Positions 40,721 to 49,569 of a stretch of 64,000 nucleotides of DNA are shown one piece after another. The notes beneath the pieces were generated by a model. It was not told where the DNA came from and searched no databases. It saw only the letters and a program-made list of their open reading frames with translations. Within the stretch, counting starts at the first letter, position 1. Each line of letters opens with the position of its first letter. The stretch is from Candidatus Multivorans sp. (lineage in GTDB: Bacteria > Acidobacteriota > Thermoanaerobaculia > Multivoradales > Multivoraceae): positions 2,560,001-2,624,000 of the forward strand of contig OZ251997.1 of NCBI GenBank assembly GCA_965247095.1, given 5' to 3'. The position numbers were made by a program, and so were the translations under genes.

Positions 40721-43051
40721 CTAAACCGCCTGAGATTCAGCGATATCTTCCGGAAAGTACTTCTCGACCTTCTCAACATACTGGTTGACGAAGGCGACCT
40801 GGTCCGGGGTCAGGACACCGCGCTCAGGGTGCGCCACGATGTTGCGAATATCGTTGAGTTTCTTGATCCATTGCGTGTTTGCCTTCATGTTGTCCCTGTT
40901 ACTCGCGTCCAGCGATATCACTTCTTTGAATAGCTGCCAATTGCGGTGACATATGTCGATATAGTTTATCAGAAAGAGTTGAGATTCTTCATTGCCCTCA
41001 CGTCGCCGCTCTTCCCACCGGGCCATGCATTGCTGGCGGATCGTGAGCGGGATTCCTTCCGTCCACCACTCTGTGCCCTGCGCGCCATAGTGTCCCTTCA
41101 ACGCCACGATGACGTAGTCAAAGAGCCTACGCTGTATCTTTCGCACCTTGGCGCTCGCTTCTTCTGTACCCGCTTCATCGCGGGAATCCAAGTACTGCTG
41201 CAGCCCTGGCGGCCTGAAGCTGGGGATCGTCTGGCCAATATGCGCCTCCAAACCGTAGGCCTGCCGCCGCACGGCTGTCAGGGAAGAGCCAATGCGCCTA
41301 AAGGACTGGATCTCTTGCGGTGATGCGTTCTTCAAGTAGCCGACCAAGACCTGAAGATACGGCCGGATTTCCCCGAAGGTCTCTTCTGCATTGAAGAGAC
41401 TGAGGTCCACGCCGTCCGTGCGACGGACATGGTCAGCAATATCTTCAATAACGTGAAACAGAGCCCGAATGCCGTTGTTGGTACACAGATATCCACCGGC
41501 TCGGTCGCCGAGCTCCCAGTGGCTCGCGAGCCCCGCCGCGAACATGTTGAGGCACTCCGAGAGCACCCATAGGGCCTTCCTGAGGTTCGCGTTGTAGTCG
41601 TCGGTTCTGGCCGTAGACAGGGGGCCCGGCACAACCGCACCTCTAGCGAAGGCTCCCAACAGCTTGGCAACTCTGAGCCCGTCCCGCACCGAAGTCTGTG
41701 TCAGGCAGCGATAGTGGCTCTTCCTCTTTCCGGTGACGACCAGGCGGTCATGGAGCGGCGAGGTGCTGTCGCGGTTGAGGCGGGAGGCGATACGCGAGAG
41801 TAGGGCCTGAAACGCTTCTTCACGGTCGGAAGAGCCCCAATGAAGGTCAGCGTAAAGCTCGACCAAGAGTCCTGTGCTCACCTTGACCTGCTTGCTGTTG
41901 ATATCGATGAAGAGGTTCATCTCCTCCTCGGAAGGTAGGTTTTCATAGGCCAGCACGGACAGGACGGTTGAATCCTTGTTGAATCCCTCTTGTGCTCGCG
42001 CATAGGCGTAGCCATAGAGCCTATGCTGGCCGTCGATGATCCAGGCCGAGGCGTAGTTCGGTGGCAGATAGAGTGTGCCCCAGGCCTCGTCACCGTAGGT
42101 CTGCTTCGCATCGAAACGCATCCGAGTTTTCTTGCGGTTCTTCAAGTTGACAACGATATTTGTCGGAAACCTGCCGCCGCCATTGATGTATTGTGCGATC
42201 TTCTTCAGCCGGCGCGGCTGGAGCATGCGCTGGTATGTTTCCAAATTGTCGATGTCCCGGCTTGCCTTGTGGCCAACATAGGCGATCTTCAAGAGCTCGC
42301 CAGGGCTGATGAGGAAAGTGTAGAACGTCTCGCCGCCCATCCTGCCGCGGGTCGCTACGACTTGTCGGACTAGGCCGGGGATCTTCTGGCCGCCGAACAT
42401 GTGCCCCAAGAACTGGTAGCGGGCCGCGCGTTTGAGGTGCTTCACGAGCTTCGCATAGTAGTCGAGTTCCCCGTCCGTGACGACCGCAATCTCCGCCTTC
42501 TCGCACTTCGCAAGGTCCGCATCGCTCCATGAGACATTTCGTGTGGCGATGATAAATCTGACTTTGAGCCCCGACTGCCGGCCGTAGGCCTTGCGGACCG
42601 ACTTGAGCAAGTTGCCCCGGATTGCCGTGATGTTCTCGATCAGCGGCGCCATGCGCTTCGTGCCCGGGGTGCCACGCTGCGTGCACTCGACGATGATGAC
42701 GGTTTCGTCGTCCTTGGCGAACACATCGATCTGACGTCCTGGCGGGCCATCTTCGACGGCGATCGTGAACTTGCGGCCTTTGTTCATTTCATCGAAGCCC
42801 ATCTGAGCTAGGATGCACCAAACTTCGTCCTCAAGCTGCTCGTCAGCAGGCTTCTCCTGGGCCATTCGCGTTGACTTGGCGTTCTTTCTGACCGTCCGCC
42901 AACCGTTAGCTGCTTCCAGCTTGACCTTTTGAGCGACAAGCTCCTTCGACGAACCCGAGACAGTCTTATAGATATCCGGCTTTTTCCGGCTCCTGAGCTC
43001 GGATGTGATCTCATCGCCGGATAAGAGGGGGTCTAGGTATTGGTCGGTCAT
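40721..43051 (-). CDS. DGQHR (DndB/ParB-like) domain protein with an N-terminal PD-(D/E)xK-like domain and a C-terminal Swt1-type HEPN domain
   Basis: RQIDVFAKDDETVIIVEC; YQRML, FPTNIVVN, WIIDGQHRLYGY, LFIDINSKQ; WWTEGIP...LNDIRNIVAHPE (RNxxxH); AGGGAG RBS. Confidence 0.85.
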   Translation of the reverse strand: MTDQYLDPLLSGDEITSELRSRKKPDIYKTVSGSSKELVAQKVKLEAANGWRTVRKNAKSTRMAQEKPADEQLEDEVWCILAQMGFDEMNKGRKFTIAVEDGPPGRQIDVFAKDDETVIIVECTQRGTPGTKRMAPLIENITAIRGNLLKSVRKAYGRQSGLKVRFIIATRNVSWSDADLAKCEKAEIAVVTDGELDYYAKLVKHLKRAARYQFLGHMFGGQKIPGLVRQVVATRGRMGGETFYTFLISPGELLKIAYVGHKASRDIDNLETYQRMLQPRRLKKIAQYINGGGRFPTNIVVNLKNRKKTRMRFDAKQTYGDEAWGTLYLPPNYASAWIIDGQHRLYGYAYARAQEGFNKDSTVLSVLAYENLPSEEEMNLFIDINSKQVKVSTGLLVELYADLHWGSSDREEAFQALLSRIASRLNRDSTSPLHDRLVVTGKRKSHYRCLTQTSVRDGLRVAKLLGAFARGAVVPGPLSTARTDDYNANLRKALWVLSECLNMFAAGLASHWELGDRAGGYLCTNNGIRALFHVIEDIADHVRRTDGVDLSLFNAEETFGEIRPYLQVLVGYLKNASPQEIQSFRRIGSSLTAVRRQAYGLEAHIGQTIPSFRPPGLQQYLDSRDEAGTEEASAKVRKIQRRLFDYVIVALKGHYGAQGTEWWTEGIPLTIRQQCMARWEERRREGNEESQLFLINYIDICHRNWQLFKEVISLDASNRDNMKANTQWIKKLNDIRNIVAHPERGVLTPDQVAFVNQYVEKVEKYFPEDIAESQAV

Positions 43052-43265
43052 GCCGCTGCTCCCTGGTGAGTCGACTATCTCGCATCATGTCGCTGGAGGC
43101 GACATTCGTGGACCTGTGCCTCAGGGTGTTCCGCGGACGCAGTACCGGAAGGCGAAGGAAGGGCGTTGAAGCTGGACGTGAGTTTCGGGAGGCTAGCACT
43201 TCGGTTGCTGGGAGTCAGATCGGCCCGGAACCTGTCAACGACATTGACACAGCGGGGTTCTGGAT

Positions 43266-44264
43266 TTACTGAGTCGTCTCTGCAGTCTCGTTGTCGGGCT
43301 TGTTGATCCAGACGGCCTGGGGCAGTGGCGTATGCATCGGTTGGCCGCCGACGAATCGTTCGGGGGAGCTTTCCCAGGCGGCGCTCAGCGTGCGTTGGCG
43401 CTGCTCGATCACGGCTTGCGCCCGGCCGTAGTGGACGGTCTCGGGGGTCAGCATGGCGATGCCGGCATGGCGGTGTTCCGTGTTGTACCAGGGGAAGAAG
43501 GACCTGCAGTAGTCGGTCGCGGCGTCCTGGTTGGGGAAGCGGCTGGGGAAGTCGGGGTGGTACTTGAGGGTCTTGAACTGTGCTTCGGAGTAGGGGTTGT
43601 CGTCGCTGACCCGCGGGCGGCCCAGGGACCGGTTCACGCCGAGGCGGGCGAGCAGTTGGGCGGTACCCTGGCTGGTCATGGGGGCGCCTCGATCGGAATG
43701 CAGGGTCAGGACATGGGGCTTGACGCCGTGCTTGAGGCAGGTCTCCTCGATGAGCCTTTGGGCGAGCGCGGAGTTCTCGCGGTCGGCGACCATCCAGCCG
43801 ACCGCGTAGCGGCTTAGGAGGTCAAGCAGGACGTAGAGGTAGTAGTAGGTCCAGGTCTGCGGTCCGAGCAGCCTGGTGATGTCCCACGACCAGACCTGGT
43901 TGGGCGCGACAGCGACCAGCTCCGGCTTGGCGTACGACGGATGGACGCGCTGGTTGCGGCGGTCCCTCACGGGGTGGTTCGCTTCGAGGATGCGGTACAT
44001 CGTGCGCTCCGAGCACAGGTAGCGGCCCTCGTCGAGCAGGGTGGCCACCACTTCTCCCGGCGAACGATCGACGAAACGCGGCGACGCAAGCGTGGCCTCG
44101 ACCCGTTTCCGCTCGATCTGGCTCAGTGCCCGGGCAGGCGTGGGGCGGGGCTGCCGTCGCCCGGGAGCGGGCCTCGCACGACGATAGAAGGTCGATCGCG
44201 ATACGCCCAGCGCCCGGCACGCCGGCGCGACGCCGACCTGCCGGGCCAGGGACCTTGCCGCCAT
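43266..44264 (-). CDS. IS3 transposase OrfB (DDE integrase core)
   Basis: PNQVWSWDIT, HSDRG, DDNPYSEAQFKTLK, WYNTEHRH. Confidence 0.92.
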   Translation of the reverse strand: MAARSLARQVGVAPACRALGVSRSTFYRRARPAPGRRQPRPTPARALSQIERKRVEATLASPRFVDRSPGEVVATLLDEGRYLCSERTMYRILEANHPVRDRRNQRVHPSYAKPELVAVAPNQVWSWDITRLLGPQTWTYYYLYVLLDLLSRYAVGWMVADRENSALAQRLIEETCLKHGVKPHVLTLHSDRGAPMTSQGTAQLLARLGVNRSLGRPRVSDDNPYSEAQFKTLKYHPDFPSRFPNQDAATDYCRSFFPWYNTEHRHAGIAMLTPETVHYGRAQAVIEQRQRTLSAAWESSPERFVGGQPMHTPLPQAVWINKPDNETAETTQ

Positions 44265-44749
44265 CAGCAGTCCTTCCCGTCTTCGAGGCTGAATCCCAGC
44301 AGCCCTGCAACTTTTCCCTGGACGTCCAGGATCGTGTGCGCGGCGGCGACTTCCCTCTCGAGACGCTTGACCTTCGCTTCCAGCCGCTTCACCTTCGGCA
44401 TCAGAGGGTTGGCCTCGTTCGGCTTGCGGCCCCGCTTCTTCGGCCTCAGACCGGAAAGCGCGCCCTCGCGCCGCGCCTTGCGCCAGTTGGCCAGATGGGA
44501 GCTGTACAGACCCTCTCGCCGCAGCAGCCGACCCACCTCGCCGCGGTGGGTGCATCGGTCCGCTTCCTCCAGAATCCGCAGCCGGTACTCCGCCGTGAAC
44601 TGCCGCCTGGTCGGTCTCGCCAGCACTTCCGGGTCGGGAACCGCCCCGGCGGGCGCCGCGCCGGCCGCGGGGGCCTCGTCGCTACGCTCCTCAACCCCCG
44701 CGGCCGGGAGCTCCGAGCCGCCGCCAAACCTCTGCTCTCGTCTTGACAT
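44264..44749 (-). CDS. IS3 transposase OrfA (HTH)
   Basis: PDPEV..RPTRRQFTAEYRLRIL, LRREGLYSSHLANWR; TGATG coupling to orfB. Confidence 0.88.
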   Translation of the reverse strand: MSRREQRFGGGSELPAAGVEERSDEAPAAGAAPAGAVPDPEVLARPTRRQFTAEYRLRILEEADRCTHRGEVGRLLRREGLYSSHLANWRKARREGALSGLRPKKRGRKPNEANPLMPKVKRLEAKVKRLEREVAAAHTILDVQGKVAGLLGFSLEDGKDC

Positions 44750-44871
44750 TGATCCTCCTTGCCAACGTGTGCCCTCCACTATTCAACGGGATGGCCGCTG
44801 TGTCACGTACGTTGGCAGAGAGGGGCCGTAGGGGCGCTGACGCGTGGTTCGGAACGTGTTGGCTTCCGCCC

Positions 44872-46068
44872 TCAGAGCATTCGCGCGGCGATCCAGGGCA
44901 GGGCGACCGCGGTGCCCAGCACGCTGCCGAGGTTGCTCAGCACGACGACCAGGAGCACGCGTGTAAGGCGGTTGGACCAGAAGCCGCGCGCGGAACTGAG
45001 GCTGTCGGCGAGGTTCTCCATGTCCGCCACCAGGGGCCGGCGGAGCAGCGCCTGGACCAGTCCCGCGACCCAGCCGGCGGCGATCAGCGGGTTCAAGCTG
45101 GTCAGGGGCGCGGCGGCGAAGGCCGAGGCGATGGTCAGCGGATGCCCCAGGGCGATCGCGGCCCCTAGGGCGGACAAGCTGCCGTTGATCAGGATCCAGA
45201 GGTAGATCGACTCGACCGACCGCTCGCGATCGCCGGTCAGGAAGCCGTAGGCCAGGAGCGCGATGATCGCGATCGGCAACGCCCACTTGACGATGCGCGG
45301 CCAGAGCGGCGGCTCGGGCAGTCGCTCGAGTTCCTCCAGATCGCAGGGCGAGCCCGCGAGGCTCGTGATGCCGGGCACGTGCCCGGCGCCGACCACGGCC
45401 ACCGTGCGCGGACCTGCCGACTGGCGCAGCTTCTCGGCCATGTACGCGTCCCGTTCGTCGATCAGGGTGCCCTTGACGCTGGGCAATGCCTCGGCGAGGG
45501 CGGACACCAGGTCGCTCAGGTTGCCGCTGTCGCGGAGCTGCTCGATGTCCTCTTCCTTCAGGTCGTCGCCGACGAAGGCGCTGCCGGCCAACTGGGTCAT
45601 CACCTTCGTCCGCTGCCAGAAGCCGAGTGAGGCCCAGGTGCGCTTCAGCGAGATCTGGATGTCGCGGTCGATCAGTTCGAGGCGTGCGCCGCGTTCCCGG
45701 GCCCGGGCGATCGCCTCTCTCATCTCGGCGCCGGGCTCGATGCCGAAGCGCTGGGCGATGCGCCGCTGGAAGGAGTGCATCAGGAACGAGCTGAGCAGCA
45801 GCGCCGCCTTGCCCTCGCGCAGGACCTGGAAGATGTCCAGCTTGCGCCACGACTCCTGGTCCTCCAGGTTGCGGTAGCGGGCCTCGCAGAGTTCGACGCA
45901 GACGGTGTCGGGCTCGAGCGCCTCGATCGCCTCCTTCGTGTCGCGCACGCTCTGCGGCGAGACGTGCGCGGTGCCGACCAGGAAGACCTCCCGCTCGTCG
46001 AGTTCGAGTCGCTGCACCGAGGCGGGCAGGTCGGGGGGCGCCGGTTGGCGCTCGGCTTCGGACATCAT
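44872..46068 (-). CDS. TraB/GumN (pheromone shutdown) family protein
   Basis: LVGTAHVS, VCVELC, PGAEM, DRDIQISLKR, LIDERDAYM, VVGAGHVPG, C-terminal TM segments. Confidence 0.88.
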   Translation of the reverse strand: MMSEAERQPAPPDLPASVQRLELDEREVFLVGTAHVSPQSVRDTKEAIEALEPDTVCVELCEARYRNLEDQESWRKLDIFQVLREGKAALLLSSFLMHSFQRRIAQRFGIEPGAEMREAIARARERGARLELIDRDIQISLKRTWASLGFWQRTKVMTQLAGSAFVGDDLKEEDIEQLRDSGNLSDLVSALAEALPSVKGTLIDERDAYMAEKLRQSAGPRTVAVVGAGHVPGITSLAGSPCDLEELERLPEPPLWPRIVKWALPIAIIALLAYGFLTGDRERSVESIYLWILINGSLSALGAAIALGHPLTIASAFAAAPLTSLNPLIAAGWVAGLVQALLRRPLVADMENLADSLSSARGFWSNRLTRVLLVVVLSNLGSVLGTAVALPWIAARML

Positions 46069-46174
46069 GGCAGCGCGGAGCGTAGCCGACGGCCGGCTGG
46101 AGGCGAAACCGCGGCGGCGTCGAGTACGATGTTGTGTTCCAGGTCGTGATGGCAGGGCTGATGGGAGGATTGGA

Positions 46175-47704
46175 ATGGAAGTGATGAGAGACCATTGCCC
46201 CGTGGCGGCACGGGCGCTGGCGATGGGCGCCCTGGTGTTCCTTGCCTGCACCGCGCCCGACGCCGATGCCCCCGTCGCGGATGCCGGCGCCGGCCCGCGG
46301 CCGAACATCGTTCTCATCCTTGCCGACGATCTCGGCTACGCCGACATCGGCATCTACGGCAGCGAGGTGATCTCGACCCCGAACATCGACGCGCTGGCCG
46401 CGAGCGGCGTTCGCTTCACGGCGGGCTACGTCAGCCATCCGGTGTGCAGTCCGTCGCGGGCCGGGCTGATGACCGGGCGCTACCAGCAGCGCCACGGCTG
46501 GGAGTTCAACCCGGCCGGCCGGGATGTCGGCGCCGGCATGAGTCTCGAGGAGACGACCCTGGCCGACCGGATGAGGGCTCTGGGGTACCGGACCGGCATG
46601 ATCGGCAAGTGGCACCTGGGCCGCCAGGCGCCCCATCATCCGGTGAGCCGCGGCTTCGACGAGTACTTCGGCGTGCTCGAAGGCGGCAGCATCTTCATCG
46701 ACTCCAGCCTGCCGGGCGTGGAGTACGGCTCGATCCGCGGCGAAGACGGGCCGACGGTCCGCCGGAACAAGGTGCTGCGGGGGTTCGAGGAAGAGAAGGT
46801 CGACCGCTACCTGACCGACGTGTTCACGGAGGAAGCGACAAGCTTCATCGAGCGCAGCGCGAGCGGTGAAGAACCCTTCTTCCTCTACCTCAGCCACACG
46901 ACGCCGCACACGCCGCTCCAGGCCACGGCCGAGTACCTGGACGGCTACCGCCACATCGAAGATCAGCGCACCCGCGTCTACGCGGCCATGGTCGCGTCGC
47001 TCGACGAGAGCGTGCGGCAGGTGGTCGAGACGCTCAAGGCACAGGGCGTGTACGAGAACACGATGATCGTCTTCGCCAGCGACAACGGCTGCGCCGGCTA
47101 CATTCACGCCGCCTGCTCGAACGCGCCGCTCTTCGGTTTCAAGCGCTACCACCACGAAGGCGGCGTGCGGATTCCCTTCATCATCAGTTGGCCGGAAGGA
47201 ATCGAGGGAGGGCGGACGTTCAATCAACCGGTGATCACCCTCGACTTCACGGCGACCTTCACGGCTGCGGCGGGCCAGGAAGCAAAGGCGGGCGACAGCG
47301 TGAACCTGCTGCCGTACATGACCGGCGAGGCGGACGGCGCGCCGCACGAGTACCTCTACTGGCGGGCCGGCGCCAGCGTCGCGATCCGCGACGCCCAGTA
47401 CAAGCTGATCAAGCTGAACCGCACCGAGTTCCGGCCCGACGATCTGCGCGGGGACGGCCGTTTGCAGCCGCCCGAAGGCGGCTGGCCCACGGATTCGCCC
47501 CACGGGCAGGCCACCCTGCTCTACGACCTGGAAGCCGACATCGGCGAGTTGAACAACCTGGCGGCGGAGCAGCCGGAGGTCGTCGCCCGTCTCGAAGCCG
47601 AGTTGGATGCGTGGCGCGCCACGTTGCTGAGCGAGCCGATCCTGCCGGGTGTGCGTTCCACGATCACCGAGATCGATGGTGAGTGGGTCCAATTGGTATT
47701 CTGA
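46175..47704 (+). CDS. Sulfatase (formylglycine-dependent, exported)
   Basis: PNIVLILADDLG, CSPSRAGLMTG, GKWHLG, SDNG, EGGVRIP. Confidence 0.92.
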   Translation: MEVMRDHCPVAARALAMGALVFLACTAPDADAPVADAGAGPRPNIVLILADDLGYADIGIYGSEVISTPNIDALAASGVRFTAGYVSHPVCSPSRAGLMTGRYQQRHGWEFNPAGRDVGAGMSLEETTLADRMRALGYRTGMIGKWHLGRQAPHHPVSRGFDEYFGVLEGGSIFIDSSLPGVEYGSIRGEDGPTVRRNKVLRGFEEEKVDRYLTDVFTEEATSFIERSASGEEPFFLYLSHTTPHTPLQATAEYLDGYRHIEDQRTRVYAAMVASLDESVRQVVETLKAQGVYENTMIVFASDNGCAGYIHAACSNAPLFGFKRYHHEGGVRIPFIISWPEGIEGGRTFNQPVITLDFTATFTAAAGQEAKAGDSVNLLPYMTGEADGAPHEYLYWRAGASVAIRDAQYKLIKLNRTEFRPDDLRGDGRLQPPEGGWPTDSPHGQATLLYDLEADIGELNNLAAEQPEVVARLEAELDAWRATLLSEPILPGVRSTITEIDGEWVQLVF

Positions 47705-47766
47705 GCCCGGCTGCTGACGTGCGCCGTGCCGCCCTCACCGCGGCGAACGATGCGGGCTGCTGAAGC

Positions 47767-49569
47767 ATGAGCGGTACACCCAAGGACGCTGAGCGCGGCC
47801 CTGCCGACGGTCCAGGTGCTGTGATGCGCCGCCGCCTCGAACAGGTACTGGCCGCCGGCCTGCAGTCGCCCATCTTCCGCTGGGAGACCTGGCGGACGTT
47901 GTGGCCGCTGCGCCGCCGGGTTCAGGCGGCGCTGCTGGCCGTCCTCGCGGTGGCGGCGTTCTCGGCGTGGCGGGTTCAGCAGAAGGTCGGACAGGCGCGG
48001 CTCGAACTCGGTCTGGCGGAAGCGGCGACTGCCGGCGAGGGATTCGAGCGACTCGCCGAGCGGTCTCCAGGCCTGCTCAGCCTGGCCGCCCGGCACGCGG
48101 CCGGGGAGGGCCGCTGGCGCGAAGTGGCGGCGTTGTACGAGGACCATGCCGAACACCTGCCGCCGGCACTGCTGGCCGCGGCCGAGGTGGAACTCGGTGT
48201 GAATCGCGCCGAGGAAGCTGGAGCAGAATCGGCCGCGGACGAACCGCCGCCGGCGTCTGCGTTCGAGCGGCGTCTGCGGCGGGCACAGGCGGTCGACGCC
48301 TCGGGCGTGCAGCAACTGCTCTTCGACCGGCGGGGCCGGCCATTGGGATCGATCGGCGACGACCGTTCGTTGACGCTGGTAGAGGATCTGCCGGCCGGCC
48401 TGGTGCCGGTCGAGTTGGCGACCCATCTGCTGCCTTCCGCCCTCCAGCCGCCGGGTCTTGCCGCCGCCGGACCGGGGGCGATGAGCAGGTCCGCCGGCGC
48501 GCGAGCCCTGCGGCTGACGATCGACCGGGCCTGGAGCGAGGCGGCCGACACGGCGCTGGGCAGGGAAGAGGGCGCGATCGCGATCGTGGAGATCCCGTCG
48601 GGCGCGGTCCTGGCCGCGGTGAGCAACCGCGGTCGAAGCCGCCGGTGGCGGTCGAACGGCGACAGCGTCCTCGATCCGCGCGAGCCGGCGTCGATCGCCA
48701 AGCTGATCACCACGACGGCGGCGATGCGGGCCGGTCTCGACCCCGACCAGGAGATCGCCGACATGACCTGCCGCGGCTCGGTGCTGATGGACGGTCAGCG
48801 GCTCTACTGCAGCGCGATCAACGGCCGGCTCCGGGGGCTCTCCGCAGCGATGGCCAGTAGCTGCAACGTCGCCTTCGCCAAGCTCGCGATGGATGTCGGC
48901 GACCGGGCGCTGGTCGAAGAGTACGAACGCTACGGCTTCGTCATCGGCGGCAGGAGTAGCGAGGCGGTGCCGCGGAACGCCGTCGGTGTGGTGCATGAGT
49001 ACCGTCACCCGGGCAAGCAGCTCGGCGATCTCTCGATCGGCCTGGAGGAGGCTTCGATCACACCGTTGGGGGCGGCCCTGTTCGCCGCCACCCTCTCGGA
49101 CGGCCGCCGGCGCGAGCCGAGCTTCGTTCTGCAGGCGGACGGACTTCTGGGCATCTCGCCACGGACACCGGTCGGCGACGGTCCGCGCGAGGGCGTCGAG
49201 GTTCTCGACCCGTCCTGGCTGCCGGTGCTGCACGAGTCGATGCGCGCGGTCGTGTCTCCGGGCGGCTCGGCGAACCGGGTGGCGCCGAAGCGTCTCCGGG
49301 TGGCGATGAAGACGGGCACGGCGCGCGATCCGGACAAGCCGTTCCACGTGAACTACGCCGGCTTCTTCCCCTCCGACGAGAGCCAGCCGCCCCGATACGC
49401 CTTCGCGGTCAGGGTCACCGGCCAGCCGACGTCGGCACGGGTTCGCCGCGCCGGGTACGCCGTCACGTTCCGTCTGCTGCGGGCGCTCGACAGGTTGGTC
49501 GGCGAAGAGATCGAGACAGCGTCCCGGGTTCCGCAACGGCTGGCGGCAGCGACCGGAGCGAGCAAGTGA
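47767..49569 (+). CDS. Penicillin-binding transpeptidase domain protein
   Basis: SIAK (SxxK), SCN (SxN) and KTGT motifs; one N-terminal TM segment. Confidence 0.8.
   Translation: MSGTPKDAERGPADGPGAVMRRRLEQVLAAGLQSPIFRWETWRTLWPLRRRVQAALLAVLAVAAFSAWRVQQKVGQARLELGLAEAATAGEGFERLAERSPGLLSLAARHAAGEGRWREVAALYEDHAEHLPPALLAAAEVELGVNRAEEAGAESAADEPPPASAFERRLRRAQAVDASGVQQLLFDRRGRPLGSIGDDRSLTLVEDLPAGLVPVELATHLLPSALQPPGLAAAGPGAMSRSAGARALRLTIDRAWSEAADTALGREEGAIAIVEIPSGAVLAAVSNRGRSRRWRSNGDSVLDPREPASIAKLITTTAAMRAGLDPDQEIADMTCRGSVLMDGQRLYCSAINGRLRGLSAAMASSCNVAFAKLAMDVGDRALVEEYERYGFVIGGRSSEAVPRNAVGVVHEYRHPGKQLGDLSIGLEEASITPLGAALFAATLSDGRRREPSFVLQADGLLGISPRTPVGDGPREGVEVLDPSWLPVLHESMRAVVSPGGSANRVAPKRLRVAMKTGTARDPDKPFHVNYAGFFPSDESQPPRYAFAVRVTGQPTSARVRRAGYAVTFRLLRALDRLVGEEIETASRVPQRLAAATGASK

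Larger units (their letters stand above)
43226..44824 (-). mobile_element. IS3-family insertion sequence
   Basis: Imperfect IRs TGTCAACGACATTGACACAGCGG (from 43233) and CCGCTGTGTCACGTACGTTGGCA (to 44817); GCC repeated at 43223-43225 and 44825-44827 (candidate TSD); orfA and orfB present. Confidence 0.88.

Noticed and set aside
40721-43051. Calling the DGQHR gene dndB of a phosphorothioate system
   Set aside because: No dndA/C/D/E, ssp, pbe or dpd genes in the window, and the protein has extra effector domains.
43205-43238. Hybrid promoter from the outward-facing TTGACA in the IS end driving the DGQHR operon
   Set aside because: No credible -10 hexamer 16-18 bp downstream on the minus strand.
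44872-46068. TraB as evidence of conjugation
   Set aside because: It is the TraB/GumN (TIKI-like) family and there are no T4SS or relaxase genes.
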